In this document: positions 1 through 13,960 of the stretch, piece by piece
Numbering within the stretch: the stretch's first letter is position 1
Layout: each line of letters begins with the position of its first letter
NCBI RefSeq assembly: GCF_036321535.1
Contig: NC_087466.1
Coordinates: 2,914,001 to 2,978,000 of the forward strand
DNA: 64,000 nucleotides
Direction of reading: 5' to 3'
From: Camelus dromedarius
Lineage: Eukaryota
The notes under the pieces: model-generated
Told to the model about the DNA's origin: nothing
What the model saw: the letters and a program-made list of their open reading frames with translations, nothing else
Databases searched by the model: none
Translations under genes and position numbers: made by a program

Positions 1-167
1 TGCAGTGGCATCTCCTGCTTTAATTGGGGTATTTCCCTGATGACTGATAATGTTGAGCATCCTTTCGTGTGGTAATATGACCATCCACATATCTTCTTTT
101 GTGAAGAATCTGTTCGAAGCTTTTGTCCACTATTTTTTTGAAAAGGTTTTTTTTTAAGAGCAGTTTT

Positions 168-424
168 TTTTGTAGGGGGAGGTAATTAGGTTTAGTTATT
201 TATTTATTCTTAGAGAAAGTACTGGGGATTGAATCCAGGACCTCATGCATGCAGGGAGGGCACAGCTCAGTGGTAGAGCACCTGCTTAGCATGCACGAGG
301 TCTTGGGTTCAGTCCCTGGTCCCTCTACTAAACAAACAAACAAATAAAAGAAAACAAAAACAGGACCTCATGGTAGCATGAGTGCTTAGCATGCACTCTA
401 CCATTTGAGCTATACCCTCCCCGC
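168..424 (-). mobile_element. tRNA-Ala-derived SINE (camelid Vic-1-like), itself interrupted by a second copy
   Basis: Antisense head 'ggggattgaatccaggacctc...actctaccatttgagctataccctccc'; 13-bp target-site duplication taagagcagtttt at 155-167 and 425-437. Confidence 0.85.
254..360 (+). mobile_element. tRNA-Ala-derived SINE nested in the previous SINE
   Basis: A-box-like 'cagctcagtggtagagc', B-box-like 'gggttcagtccc', (AAAC)n/A tail; duplicated caggacctcatg at 236-247 and 361-372. Confidence 0.85.
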
Positions 425-1111
425 TAAGAGCAGTTTTAATTTCACAGCAAAATTGAGAGGAAAGTACAGAGATTTCCCATGTGTCCCCTGCCCCCACCCA
501 TGCATAGCCTCCCGTGTTATCAACAACCCCCACCAGAGTAGGGACATTACAATCCATGACCCTACATTGACATGTCATTATTACCCAAAGTCCATGGTTT
601 ACATCAGGGTTCACTCCTGTTGTTGTATGTTCTGTGGTTTTGGACAAAAGTACAATGACATGTATCCACATTATAGTATCACACTGAGTATTTTCCCTGC
701 CCTAAAAATCCTCTCTGTTCTCTGGGTCAGCTGTTTCCTGATTCGCCCCCCAACCCCAACCCTTGGGACCACTGAACTTTTTACTGTCCCTACAATTTTG
801 CTTTCTCTGGAACATCATATAGTTGGAATCATACAGTATGTTCCCTTTTCAGGCTGGCTTCTTTTACTTAGTAATATGCACTTAACATTTCTTCCATGTG
901 TTTTCATCACTTAATAGTTCATTTCTTTTTACACTGAGTAAAATTCCATTGTCTGGATATACCAAAGTTTATTTATTCACCTACTGAAGGACATCTTGGT
1001 GGTTTTGGCAATTATGAATAAATATGCTATGCGTTTTGTGAGGACATACATTTTCACCTCCTTTGGATAAATACCAAGGAGCATGATTACTGGGTCATAA
1101 GGTAAGAGTGC

Positions 1112-1374
1112 NNNNNNNNNNNNNNNNNNNNNNNNNNNNNNNNNNNNNNNNNNNNNNNNNNNNNNNNNNNNNNNNNNNNNNNNNNNNNNNNNNNNNNNNN
1201 NNNNNNNNNNNNNNNNNNNNNNNNNNNNNNNNNNNNNNNNNNNNNNNNNNNNNNNNNNNNNNNNNNNNNNNNNNNNNNNNNNNNNNNNNNNNNNNNNNNN
1301 NNNNNNNNNNNNNNNNNNNNNNNNNNNNNNNNNNNNNNNNNNNNNNNNNNNNNNNNNNNNNNNNNNNNNNNNNN
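1112..1374. other. Assembly gap / masked bases (263 N)
   Basis: Run of N inside L1 sequence. Confidence 1.
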
Positions 1375-2554
1375 AAAATCTTTGGCCCATTTTAAAAATC
1401 AAGTTGTCTGTTTTCTTATTGTTGAGTTTTAAGAGTTCTTTGTATATTTTGGATAACAATCTTTGATCAGATTCATATTTTGCAAATTGTTTTCTCCCAG
1501 TCTGTGTCTTGTCTTCTCTTTCTCTTGACTGTGTCTTCCACAGAGCAGACGTTTTTGATTTTAAAGAAGTTCAACTTATCAGTTCTTTCTTTCATGGATC
1601 TTGCCCTTGGTGTTAAATCTAAAAAGTCATCACCAGATCTATAGCCATCTAGTTTGTCTCCTAGTGTCTACCATTTTTTATTGGGTCATTTGTCTTATTT
1701 TTTTGAGTCATAGGCATTTTTTATACATTCTGGAGGCCAGTACTATGCCGGATATATGTATTTCAAGTGTTTTCTGACAATCTGTATGTTTTATGTTCTT
1801 AACAGTGTCTTGGAAAGAGCAGAAATTTGTAATTTGATAAAGCTCACTTTGTTGTTTTGATTTTTTATGCATTTTGTGTCCTAAGACATCTTTACCTGTC
1901 CCAGCACTGCAAAGATTTCCTTCCAGACATTCCAGAAGCTTTTACATTTATGTGGATGATCAGTTGGTGTTAATTGTGAGTGGTGGGAGATAAGAGTGGA
2001 GTTTTATTTACTTATTTTTAACGGAGGTCCAATTGTCTGGTACCATTTGTCAAAGAGCCCGTCTTTTTCCCATTGAGTTACCTTGACATCTAGGTCAAAA
2101 AAAAATTGACCATTGTTGTAGCATAAAGAACTTGCCTTGCAGGCAGCAGGGAATCCCTGAAGGTTGGGGAGAACCAAACACCCAGAGAGGGACAAGGACA
2201 CTGGGGGCTGAGCCCCTCCCCGTGGCCCTGGAAGTGGAGTGACATTCCAGGGGCAGACGCCACCTTTGTGTCCACTTGGCCTTATCTGGCTCGTGTTGGC
2301 CCACAGGAAGACTGAGAGCCAAGGGCAGGGTGGACACAGAGAGTAGGAAGGTGGTGCAGCCAGTACCCTGGGGGGTCCCTCGCAGCCTGGCCTTGGCTTT
2401 GGTGGGATCCAGGGAGGGATGGGGGGGATGGGACCTAGTCACCAAAAAGGGGAAGGAAGCATCGTCCCCCACATTGTCCACTGCCCACCATTAGAGTCAG
2501 GCCTGGTAGTCCATTTCCTGCTCCAGGACACTTGGTGACAATGAGGTAAGACTG

Positions 2555-2720
2555 GGTAGCATTTACTGAGCACCAACTATCGGTAGGCACTTTGACTTGT
2601 CCCTAATCTCATTAAATCTTCATGCAAGTCTATGGGAAAGGGATTCCTCTATCTTGAAATTGTGCAGCTGAGGCTCAGACTTTAAGAGACTCAGCCCAGA
2701 TCGCCCTGTCTGAACTGTGT
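2555..2720 (-). mobile_element. MIR fragment (one of several in the window)
   Basis: 'agcatttactgagcaccaactat...ctcattaaatcttcat...gctgaggctcag' matches the MIR core pattern; approximate limits. Confidence 0.55.
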
Positions 2721-3481
2721 CTCGCCTGGTGAGGGAGAGCTGGCCGTGACTGCTAGCTCTTCACCAAAACTTAGCCCTGCCTTTGCAGCTCGGTGGTCTC
2801 CTGGCAGACACCCCTTTTAAACTCCAGTACTTCGAGTACAGCTGGATGGGTGGGGTTGGGGGGTCACCAGCAGGGTTGATGATCTTCTGCTGTGACTGGG
2901 CATGGGTGAGGAGGGGTTGTCTTTGCTGCAACCTTTACCACGTTCAGTGAACCAGGGACCCGGGACTGGTGGGGAGGGACAGTGGGAGTGCAGGGCCGGC
3001 TGGGTTCTTGCTGGGAGCAATGGACCGTGTGTGACCAGGGAGGGATGCTGAGGGACATGAGGCTGGTGGAGGGGCCGCGGGAGCCGGTGGGAGAGTGGAC
3101 CACCCAGGGACCGATGGCCAGGTCTGGATTGGGAGAGGCAGTAAGAGGCAGCTGTAGCCCTGCATCAGGGGGCCGGCAGCCCACCCGCCACCAGCAGCGT
3201 GGGTGACCCGGGTCCTGCCTGTGGAGATACTCCACCAGGGCGCCCACTGCTAGCTTTCGTGTGGGCTGATTTCTCCTCATCCGGGGGCGTTTCCCTCCAC
3301 CCTGAGGGCTTCTTCCCTGTAACGGAAAGGCAGCTGAAGGGGCCGGCAGAGCCCCAGGCTCCTCCCACCTGCAGCTCCCCCTCCTTTGCCTGTGTTTTTC
3401 CAGCTCAGCGTTGCCTGACAGCTGCTGCACATCTTGGGGTCATGTCCAAGTTCCAGTCGGGGGCAGGAGGAAGGGTTCCAT

Positions 3482-3918
3482 TGTTACAGAAATGACAGGC
3501 CAGCCCAAGAAACAAGCACCACGAAGAGGGTTGGAGTACTCAGATTTACTACACCGGTGGGCTCAGAGGGGCTTCTGCTCTGAAGCTCTGAGCACCTCCA
3601 AGACGTGTGCATGAGGTTTTATAGGGTTAATTACAAGCTTGGGGTTCGGCCAATAGGCATGGAACAGCTTTAGCAGCATCATTATCACAAAAGCAGAGGC
3701 AGGGAGGCCGCAAACCGACATTCCAAGGCCAGATATGTCTCTCTGAAAATCCAGCTGGCTAGCAAAAAAAAAAAAAACAACAAAACATGAGCAGGGAATT
3801 AGCAAACTGACACTTATTAACTTAGATTTACGAGTTAGCCCAGCAGAACTCAGATCAGTAATCCGACACCTGTTACATTTACATTTACGAGTAGGCCCAG
3901 CCCGGCTTTTCCTTCACA
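3482..3918 (-). mobile_element. Solo ERV1-type LTR
   Basis: TG...CA termini (tgttaca ... ttcaca) flanked by 4-bp direct repeat ccat (3478-3481, 3919-3922); 'cagatttactacacc' block shared with the LTR at 48488. Confidence 0.6.
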
Positions 3919-4132
3919 CCATCCGCAAAACAGCTGCTTGCCTATAAACTGCCCCCTCGCCATGGGCCATAGCTGCCTCAGGGGGGCACGCCTGCTTGCC
4001 AGTGGCCCTGGGGCCATGAATGCTCTAAGCAAACAGACCTGGGATTGTGTCCGTGGGGGGATGGGGAGAGGACTTTGGGCCGCCTGGTGCTGCGGTTCCG
4101 CAGGTAATTATACAGCCCCTCGTAATGCCAGG

Positions 4133-4656
4133 TGTGTTGCTATTCTATTGCTCCCAGAATAAATTACCACAAATTTAGCAGCTTAAAACAGCACACATTT
4201 ATTATCTCACAGTTTCTGTGGGTCACAAACCGAGTGCGAAACCGTCTGTCTTCTGCTTCAGGTCTCACGGCCAAAGTCGGGGTGTCTCCAAGTCAACTTG
4301 GGGGGCACCCACCTCAGAGTTTGTTCAGATTGTTGGCAGAATTCAGTTCCTCCGGGCTGTCCAACGGAGGCCCTTTCCTCTCCAAAGCCAGTAGCAGCAT
4401 ATCTGAGCCCTCTGCTCCGAGGCTCTCTGACTGCCTCTTCAGCCGCATCTCTGACTTGAGCTGGAGAAAATTCTCTGCTTTTAAGGGGGCATGTGATTAC
4501 GCTGGACCCACCTGGATAATCCATGAGCATCTCCCTACATTAAGGTCTGTAACCCTAATTACATCTGTGAAGTGCCTTTTGCCACGTAACAGAGCATATT
4601 CACAGGTTCCAGGGATCAGGGCCAGGGCATCTTTGGAGGCCCTCTGCCTGCCACCC
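4133..4656 (-). mobile_element. MLT1 (MaLR) LTR
   Basis: 'aaattaccacaaatttagcagcttaaaacagcacacatttattatctcacagtttctg' and 'taaccctaattacatctgtgaagtgccttttgccacgtaa' are characteristic antisense MLT1 blocks. Confidence 0.8.
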
Positions 4657-6624
4657 AGTAATGGGTCAGAAGGTAGGCACACAGCAGTAGCCAAAAAGAC
4701 ACAGTCCCCTCCCCACTCCTTGGGGCCCAAAAAGGAAGTAATCGGTCACAAATAGAAGTGTGGTGATGGCCTTGAAGGAGAGGACAGGGGCTGGGCTCAT
4801 GACGGGGCCTGACCAGGCCAGGGGCTCCGGGGCTCACCTAACAACCTGAGCCCAAGGCAGATGAGGGAACGTGCAGGCCAACTGCGTTTCAGGGCCAACG
4901 CCCGAGCCAGGAGGGGGGACCCCAGCACCAAAGGGCAGCACACAAGATTCAGAGAACCAGGGAGCGTGGTGCAAGATGTGGGGTGGGGACCAGGTCACCC
5001 CGGGTGTCGTGATAGTACTACCTCTAGCATCAGATGGGACTCTCACTAGTAATTAGGCCACTTGGTTCTCACTATACCCCTCTGTAAATTGGATGCTGCT
5101 GTCACCCTCAAATTACAGGTGGGAAAACTGAGGCTCGGAGAGGTTAGCCAAGAATCCAAAGCTAGTAAGAGGGGGCACTGGGAACCTAGCACCTCCTCAG
5201 AAGCCCTTCTAGAAAAATGGCACTGACTGCTACTAGGAAGGGCTAGGGTAAACAGAGGTTGTCCTGACCAGGGAAGGCTCCCCTGGGCCACAGTAACAAA
5301 CTGAAGACCTCAGCAGCTCGCCACCTATGAGGCATTGCAGGGATTTCTGGCGAGGCTCCACCGTGTCACCCACTTCCACTATTAGAGAAAGGTGAACAAA
5401 GAATCTTCTTCCTGGAGTCACTCGTGTCACTTCTGTTCACATTTCACTGGGTAAAGTGGGTCACATGGCCAGATCTGGTGCCCCAGGACTAGGGAAACAG
5501 ACTCTTCCCCCCAGAGCAGACCAGGCCAGGCCAAAGGTGCTGCCAGCTAACTTAGACTAAAGTTGGGGTGGGAGACAGAGAGAAGTAAGAATAAAGGACC
5601 ACGGAGGGAGGCACATTTCACTGGCAGGCGATCAGGGACGGGAGAAAAGTCATGCCCTTGGATTTGGACATAGGGAGAAATGCTGACTTGGCTGCTGGGT
5701 CTTGGAGGAGTGCCCTGAGCTGGAAACATGCGTGGAGTGTTACAGTGGGAACGGAGCCGTGGGCACAGGAAGACTGTTGGGGTGTAGGAGTGAGGAGGGA
5801 AGTGACCTGGGCCCAGCGTGAGGGACCTCTGCTTACAGAGTACTTGCACAGCCGGGCCATGGGACCTCCTACCTGGGGGCTGGCTGGTCCCACAGGCTCA
5901 GTCACCTTACTCTGTCAAATGGCCATCATCCAGGCCAGCCTGTGCTGTGCCTTATTAACCAGACCGCAGCTGCCAGAGACCAAGGACAGGCCCTTCCTGG
6001 ACAGCTCTCAGACTTGGCCAAACCAGCATGTCCCCTCGAGAGAGATCCCATCCCCAGTGCAGCCCCCTAACCAGGGGTCTCCTTAAAGCAGAATCAGGTG
6101 GCCCTTCTGCCCAGGGAGGGCAGGGCCCGCAGACTTACTCCGGGCCCTCAGCATGGCCAGGACCCCAACCCAGCTGCTGCCGCGCCTTCCTCCTGCTGTG
6201 TCTTGGCTAACTTCACTCACCCATGCATTCATTCAGCCAGTACTTACTCCATGCCTTGTATGCGCGGCACCTTGGGTTCTCCTTTGATGGAAGAAACAGA
6301 GAATTTACCAGGCCTCAGTGAGAGGGCACCCTCAGAGGACCCGACCAGGGTGGGGCTTCCCTGAGGAGCTGGAGTCTCCCAGGCCTGCAGAGGGGTTGCC
6401 CAAGGAACCAGAGGTTTGGGGTGGGCTCTGAGACGGAGATGGCGACTGCCTTGGGCCCCTGGAGCTCTGTCTGGGGGTCACCTCCTATTCCCTGCCCCTC
6501 TCCTGGGGACCTCCCAGCATCCTCACCCAACCTGAAGAGCAGGGGTGCAGGAGGGGCACCCGGATGGTGACTTGCCTGTGGTAGCCCCTCCCACCTGCAG
6601 CAATGACTACCCCTTTCCATCACT

Positions 6625-6646
6625 CACACACACACACACACACACA
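6625..6646. repeat. (CA)11 microsatellite upstream of MIF
   Basis: Direct reading of 6625-6646. Confidence 0.95.
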
Positions 6647-7009
6647 GGCCCGCGCTCAGGACTGTGGCCCCGGAGACTCATACAATGGCTCAGTGGCCAG
6701 GGGCCATCTGTCCCGCTAACCGCTGTATCCCTGCTCCCGGCACACAGACGTCGCTGAGTAAATATCTGTGACTAAATGAAAGGACTGACAAGTGAGGGAC
6801 GAGCCGATTTCTGGCCGCCGCTTGGAGGAGGGCTTTGAGGGGTGCACTCGCAGGAGCACCCCGGGCTGGAGACAGTGCATCAGTGATAACGGAGCCCTGG
6901 ACACAGAAACACTGTGGAGACGCGAAAGTGAGGAGACAAATGACCCTTTCAGGACGCACCCCTACGTAGGAGTTCGGAGTCCCGCTTTGTTGTGGGGGGG
7001 TTTCCCTCT

Positions 7010-7784
<775 letters not shown>

Positions 7785-7863
7785 GGGCCGCGCCCCAGAT
7801 CCCGGTCTCCGCGTGGTTTTCTGCTCACCCCGCCCCCAGCAATCCCACTTCTCAGAAGGGAGA

Positions 7864-7869
7864 AATAAA
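7864..7869 (+). terminator. MIF: MIF polyadenylation signal AATAAA
   Basis: AATAAA 80 nt after the stop codon. Confidence 0.85.
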
Positions 7870-10800
7870 CGGTGTGGAGACTACGGCTGCCTCGGGCTCC
7901 CTTGGCTTTCAGAGGAATCGGTGCAGGGTCGGGGCAGTCACTAGGAGACCGAGAGGGGTCCGCCCCACCCCAGAATCTGCTGAGAGGGCGCCTTTCGCCT
8001 CGCCTTTCCCGCCCCTAGCAGAAGGCCCAAGGCGCGGGTGGCAGCAGAGGCCGCAGACCCAGGAATCAAACTCGAATCAGGACTCGGGAATCTGTCCTCC
8101 TGTCTGTTTCCTCCCTCCCCACTCTCCCAGAGGCAGGGCCACCACGTGGGCTAGGGCTGGCAGGGAAAAGAGGGAGGTATGGATCAGTGTGTGGACAGGA
8201 GAGAAAGCCCTCCCCTCTCCACCCCAGGGTCACTCTTTGCTAGGCTGGTGCATCAGTGCCTTGCCTTGGAAAATCCTGTTGTTCTGGAACTTTATGACAG
8301 TTTGCGGGGAGAGGGGGGAGTTGCCCAGGAGGCGGAGGTCTTGGTTATTTTGCCCTGTTCACCCCAGTTCCATGTTTGGGCCCCGGCCCCTTCAGGCACA
8401 GCAGTTCCCTGAGGGAGCACCCTGTGGTTTGGGTGTCTTTCAGGTGTGGTACAGGAGCTCTAAATGTCCTCAGGTAGCTAGTTAACCCCACTAGGGCAGT
8501 GATGGTCCTGATGCCCAGGGTACCATCAAGAACTAAATCAGTGTCAAGGTCCAGTGTGACTGTGCTCCGTGGCCCAGGACCCCTTCCCCAAATGCAGGGG
8601 CTAGCTTCCTTGTACGGGCAGTGATGGGACAGTGGGCAGTCCTCCAGCCACAAAGTGCTGCTTGGCTGGGTCAGTTGCCTTTGGGCTGGAATGCCCCACC
8701 ACCCTGCAGTGTGAGAGCCTCCCTGTCCCCATGCAGTGGCCCCCGCCAAGTGATGCTCAGCCCCTAGTGCTGGGAATTCATGTGCCTGGAGCCAGCACTC
8801 CTTGGCCAGAACCAACACCTGTGTCTTGGCTAAAGTGAGGGGCCAGCTCCACCCTTCCTGCCCTGTGGGAGAAGTCAAGTTCATTCAGCTGCTTGCCCAG
8901 ACAAGGGGCTCCTCTGGCCATGTGAACCCCATTCCTGGGGGCATCACCTCTGGACTCCTGCTGGCCCCACACCACTGAGACCCCTTGTTCTTCCACAGCC
9001 CCTAAGATAGACAAGAACATCCTAGGTGGAGGTGATTTTTTTAAATTCCAGATTTGTGTGAATTTGTCTTTGGAAGCTGAGGGGCTCTGGGGAAAAGGGT
9101 TACTGTCTGGGCCAGGCCTTGAGCACTTCCCTTCTGTAGCCACCAGCTCCTTCCTTGGGACGGCTGCCAGCTGCCCGGCCCTTGCACCCGCTGTGGCATG
9201 GGTGTGAACTCCCTGCGGGCAGGCCAGGAAGCTTCAGGTGCCCAGCTCGGGCTTGTGGCAGGGGACAAGTCACACTTGCCCTCTGTGGCAACAGAACAGC
9301 CCAGGGCTGCGGAGCCCAGTCTGTGGGCACTTTGCACGTAGGTCTACCCCACCTACTTCCATCTCTGGGGCCGCCTGCCAGTGCCAGCTTGCTAAGCGGG
9401 AGGCCTGAGGCCTGTTCTCTTTCAGTCTAGGTCTGGGGGGCACTCTCCTCACGCAGCCCCCAGTCAACTCCCTGGGCAGTGAGGATTTACTTTCAGAAGA
9501 CCTGTGGGGATGGTCATGACCTTAGAAAGATGGAGAATCAGCTCAAGGGAGTCTGGAAGCAGTGGCCCACCTTTGAGGGAGGACACTTCTCTTCCACAGA
9601 GGTCTATGTGGGCCTTCCTCCAGCTTACCTCAGTCTCGTTCTGTCCTCAGTGAAAGGACTGGAGCCTCATGTCCATCTCTGCTGGGGGAGGGGGTGGCAT
9701 GACCCTAGCTGCAGCCTTGCTGTGGGCTGGGGCCTCCTTGGGTACCAGCACGTTGGCCCTGGCCTTTGTCACATCCCCTCGGCTCCCCGGCACACTCTGG
9801 TTACCAGCTCAGCCTCTCCCTGCTCTGGAGCCTGCACCATCCGTTGTCACGAGAGCTGAAGTGTAGTCTCCTTGAGCGTCTTGTCCAGGTCCCTCATTTC
9901 CCAGGTGAGGACACTGTCCTGGGCCTCTGGCTGTGCTGGCACCAGGCCATCCATCTCCCAGCATCCAGCCTCACCATCTGCCCCCACTGGCCCCAACCAG
10001 GGCTCTCACCTTTTGGCTTCACGTAAGAGTCTCTCCAACTGGAGGGGCCCCTGAGGGCTGAGGAGGCAGGAAGTGCAGGCTGGGGGCCTGCTCTGTCCGG
10101 GAGGACGGAGGGGCTCAGGAGAGCAGAGCATGGCACTCTGCCTCCCAGGAATCTGGAAGTGCCCGAGGCCCTGTGGCCAGCTGGGATGTTGCCAAGGTAG
10201 TAGCTCCTTGGAATCCAAGGCAGAGGGGGCATCTGTGGGTTAGGGACACATGTTTTAGGTCCTGCCCACCATGCTCCCAAGTCCCCTGGAGCTGATAAGT
10301 GCCCTGCACACCAAGGACGGCAGCAGCTGCACCCCACTCTCAGCCAGCTCCTAGTCAGCTCCATTTCCTCCAAAGCATGGGCTGCACTGTCCCCCAAGCT
10401 GCCTGTCCCTTCCTCCAACCCCAGTGGCTCCCCCAAGGCCCACAGGGATGTGGTCAGCCTTGGAAATAGCAGCAGAAACATTTCCAAATAACACCTCAAA
10501 TGAACGGAGGTGAGGGACAGATGGAAGCCAGGGCCCAGACAGCCACCTGCTCTGCCATCACTCCAGTGGTCATCTGCCAACCAAGACCCCTGGCCTACAG
10601 GATGACCCGCTGTCTTCAGCCCCACTTTGCACAAGCCCTGCTGCCTCGCACCTCCCTTGCCGGTGCTGTTCCTTCTGCATCGAATGCCTGCCCCAACCTG
10701 CCCACTATAGCCCCATGCTGCAAACTTCTTGGATGCCTTCCCTGTGGCCACCGGTGTGGCAGGGCACTAAGGCCCGCCTCTGCTTCAGCCAAGGCCCTGT

Positions 10801-11949
10801 GAGCTTCTCTTGGGTCCTGTGTCCTTCAGCAGCCTCTGATCACCCAGCTCTGTGATCTTTGTGCTGGTGGCCCCCGGGCCACTCGGAGCTGTCCATTCTA
10901 GAGAGCCCAGCAGTGGAGCCTCTACACTGGCCTCCCACCTTGTCCCCTCCAGGCATGCCTTTATGGCAAAGACCCCACTGCCCTCCTCCCCGCCTTGCCT
11001 GAGACCCCTGCCTCAGGGACTGCCCCTGGGAGCCGGATCCAAGGGCCTCTGGGGTCCAGTGCTGCTCTGCTCCCTTCCCGGCCTTTAGTGTTCTCCATCT
11101 GTGAAATGAAGAGATACATCAAATGTCCTTCCTGCGTATTCCCTAAACCACGGAGCTGCCGGGCATCACAGATCACCACCAGGGGAGCTGGAGTGGAGGG
11201 CAGTGGCCTGAGGCCTGTGCTCACATCTTGAGAAGTCAAGGAACCCAGTCCAGCAAGAGGGTGTGGGTGGGTGGCCGGCTCCACTCAGGGGTAGGAGAGG
11301 AAGGAGGAGGGCCCAGAGGGGGCACACGGCCCTGGCAGGGGTGGGTGGGTGGGATGAGGGTAGGGTGAACCACCAATCACAGGAGTGGGCCGGCCAGGCC
11401 ATGGGCCACCCTGCTGCCTCGAGAGCAGTAAATACACATGGCTCAGGGCTGACCCTCAGTTTTCTTGGCGGGGTGTCAGCTGGCCCCGGAGCTCAGGAAG
11501 TTTCCAGTGTTTCTGGGCTGCTGGCATCTTCCTTGACTCCTTGCCCCAGTGGGCGGGCACTAAGGGCCACCCCTAAAACTGTTCTGTAAAGCTCTCTCCT
11601 GCTGCTCAGCCCCTCCTCCCAGATGAGCAGAGCCAGGTCCCTGCCCTCTAGGCCTCCCATCGAGAATTCCAGAATGGACTTGGAAGATGAGGGGGGAGGG
11701 GCAGGGTCCGGGAGGGGAGATGCAAAGCAAACCCAGCAGCCATTGGCCCAGATTCCCCTCCTGGTGAAGACAGCACACCTCACTTCTGTGTTTGAAGCAC
11801 ACATAAAAAGATAAAGTTTTCAGAAAATCCAGGAGCAGCAGGGTCTGGACTCTATATATTCTCGTAGGTCTACTGCCCCCTCTGCCCCTGCAAACATCCA
11901 GATGGGGCTACAAATCCAAAAGCTACAAATGAGTAGTCTCTGCGACAGT

Positions 11950-12220
11950 ATCCCCCTGCGACTTGGTTCCTTGCCTAATTCTGCTCTCGTTTGAATAGGT
12001 AATAGATTTACGTGGCTCAAATTCAAAGTATTCTGAGGGTCCCCAAAGAGAAGCCCCTCCTGTCTGCAGCTTCCCTCCACGAGGTAACCCCTCAAATCCC
12101 TCCAGAGATTTATGCACATAGAAATATGTAGAACACTCTGCCCTCCCCCAACGTTTTTTTTTCACAAATGGTAGCATATTCGACACTAGTTTGCACTTTG
12201 CTTTTTTTTTTTTTAACTTA
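11950..12220 (-). mobile_element. Old L1 (L1ME-like) 3' fragment
   Basis: 'aaatggtagcatattcgacactagtttgcactttgctttttttttttttaactta' resembles antisense L1ME 3' UTR. Confidence 0.5.
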
Positions 12221-12849
12221 AAAGTCTGTTAGAGCCTTCCAGTATTTCTCCAGAAGAAAAGCCGACTCCTTGGGGAGCAGGTCTCCCCTTTTGCTCTGAT
12301 ATTTCAGAGGATCACATTCTTGATGATAAAATAAGTCCACTTCCTTGTTCAGAGAGACCTGAAAAGACTCTTTGGGTTTCATTCCTTTTGACTTTTCTTT
12401 AAATCCTGGTGAACAACTAGACTTCAACTCCAGCATCTGGTCAGGAGGGGAAGGGGCAGGGGCAGGGACTGGACTGCTCCAGTGAGCACGTGGCTTCAGG
12501 CGTGAATTCGTACATGTTAGACATTTAAGCCCCATGGTGTCACACCAATACTGTATTTACCAGACCAGCTGGACAAAGATACTTAGAATACATGCAGCAA
12601 GTATCAGTGCAGAAACAGACATTTTTCAGGATAGGATGTGATTTCATAGATACCATACAGAGCATGACTCCATACATGCAGAGAAGAGAAGATGCGGGGC
12701 GGGGGAGGAAACAAGCAAACAGAGAACGTGTTGCCCTGTACCAAGGGACAAATCCAAGATGCCCCAGACTCTACGGAGAAAACTAACACCCTGAGGGTCA
12801 TCAGAGAAGCATGTAAATGGGGAGACCACGCACATCCACGGATGGGAGG

Positions 12850-13960
12850 CAGTACTGTAACGTTGTCACTTCTCCCCGGTCTGCTTTATGATTCAACACA
12901 GTCCCAACAAGTTCTAACAGATTTTTTGGTGGAATTTGGCAATCAAATTTACAACATTTACATGAGAATCCAAACGGCCAAGAGGAGCCAAAACATCTTC
13001 TTGAAGAAGACAAGGTGGGAGGACTTGCTTTCAAATATCAAGATTTGTTATCGAGTTCGGCAAAGTGAAATCAGCACCGAGCAGACACCTACACACACGT
13101 GACCCCGATGTACCCTCAGGGCAGTGTTGAAATCAGCATGACAGGAAGCATGATTCAGTCAGCAGTGCAGGGCAGCTGGCACCCCATGGGGAAAAAGAAC
13201 AAACCCACTCAAAAATCAATTCTCCAAGAATTTAAGAAATAAAGATCATATGAGAGAATATCATCTTAATGATTTCTTAAATGAGGTACAAAAAACACAA
13301 ACAACTGAAGAAAAGATGGACACCTTTGATGTTACATTAGTAAGACACCATAAAAAAAGCTCACATCCAGTTTACATCCAGAGAATTAAAAAAAAAAACA
13401 AAACCAAAACCTCCTACAAATTGGTAATAGACAACCCAATGGAAAATCAGCAAAGGACTTTATAAGCCACTTCACAAAACAGCACATCCACGTGGAAAAA
13501 GTGTTCAACCTCAGTAGAAATCAGGGAAATGCAGTTAAAGACACAAGATGCTAGTACTGTCCATCACACTGGCTGTAAATTAATATGCCCACTATCCCAC
13601 TCCCAGGTGTATACCCTAAAGAAACCTACATTGGGGAAGAACCCAAATGTCCATCAAGAACAGAATGGATAAATAAATTGTGGTGTATTCACAGCATGGA
13701 ACACTACACAGCAGTGAAATGAACAAGCTATACTATGGGACTAGTACCACCGAGCACCAGTTGCACAGGCATAAAATGTTGAACAAAAGATGCAAGATTA
13801 AAAAAAAAGGATGCAAGATACAGATAATACAATTTTATTTCTTTAAAGTTCAACTACCAGGGAGCCCAAAACTGTTGTTCAGAGGTCCAGGCCTTGGCTG
13901 TAAAACTGTGATGAAAGCCAGGAAATGATCCCCCTCCTGTCAGGATGGTGGTCCTGACGA
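12850..13960 (+). mobile_element. Old L1 fragments (sense)
   Basis: A-rich blocks such as 'cccaaatgtccatcaagaacagaatggataaataaattgtggtgtattcacagcatggaacactacacagcagtgaaatgaac'. Confidence 0.7.

Larger units (their letters stand above)
1..2100 (-). mobile_element. Old LINE-1 (L1MA/L1MB-like) 3' fragments, interrupted by SINEs and an N-run
   Basis: T-rich antisense L1 3'-end phrases (e.g. 'cagcaaaattgagaggaaagtacagagatttccc', 'ttccattgtctggatataccaaagtttatttattcacc', 'ttttggataacaatctttgatcag'); no intact ORF; boundaries approximate. Confidence 0.75.

Noticed and set aside
2000-3480. Possible terminal exon of SLC2A11, expected upstream of MIF by synteny
   Set aside because: No sugar-transporter peptide (e.g. 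PETKG) in any frame; gene presumably ends before the window.
9894-10751. 285-aa minus-strand ORF
   Set aside because: No recognisable domain, composition typical of stop-poor GC-rich non-coding DNA, no supporting exon structure.
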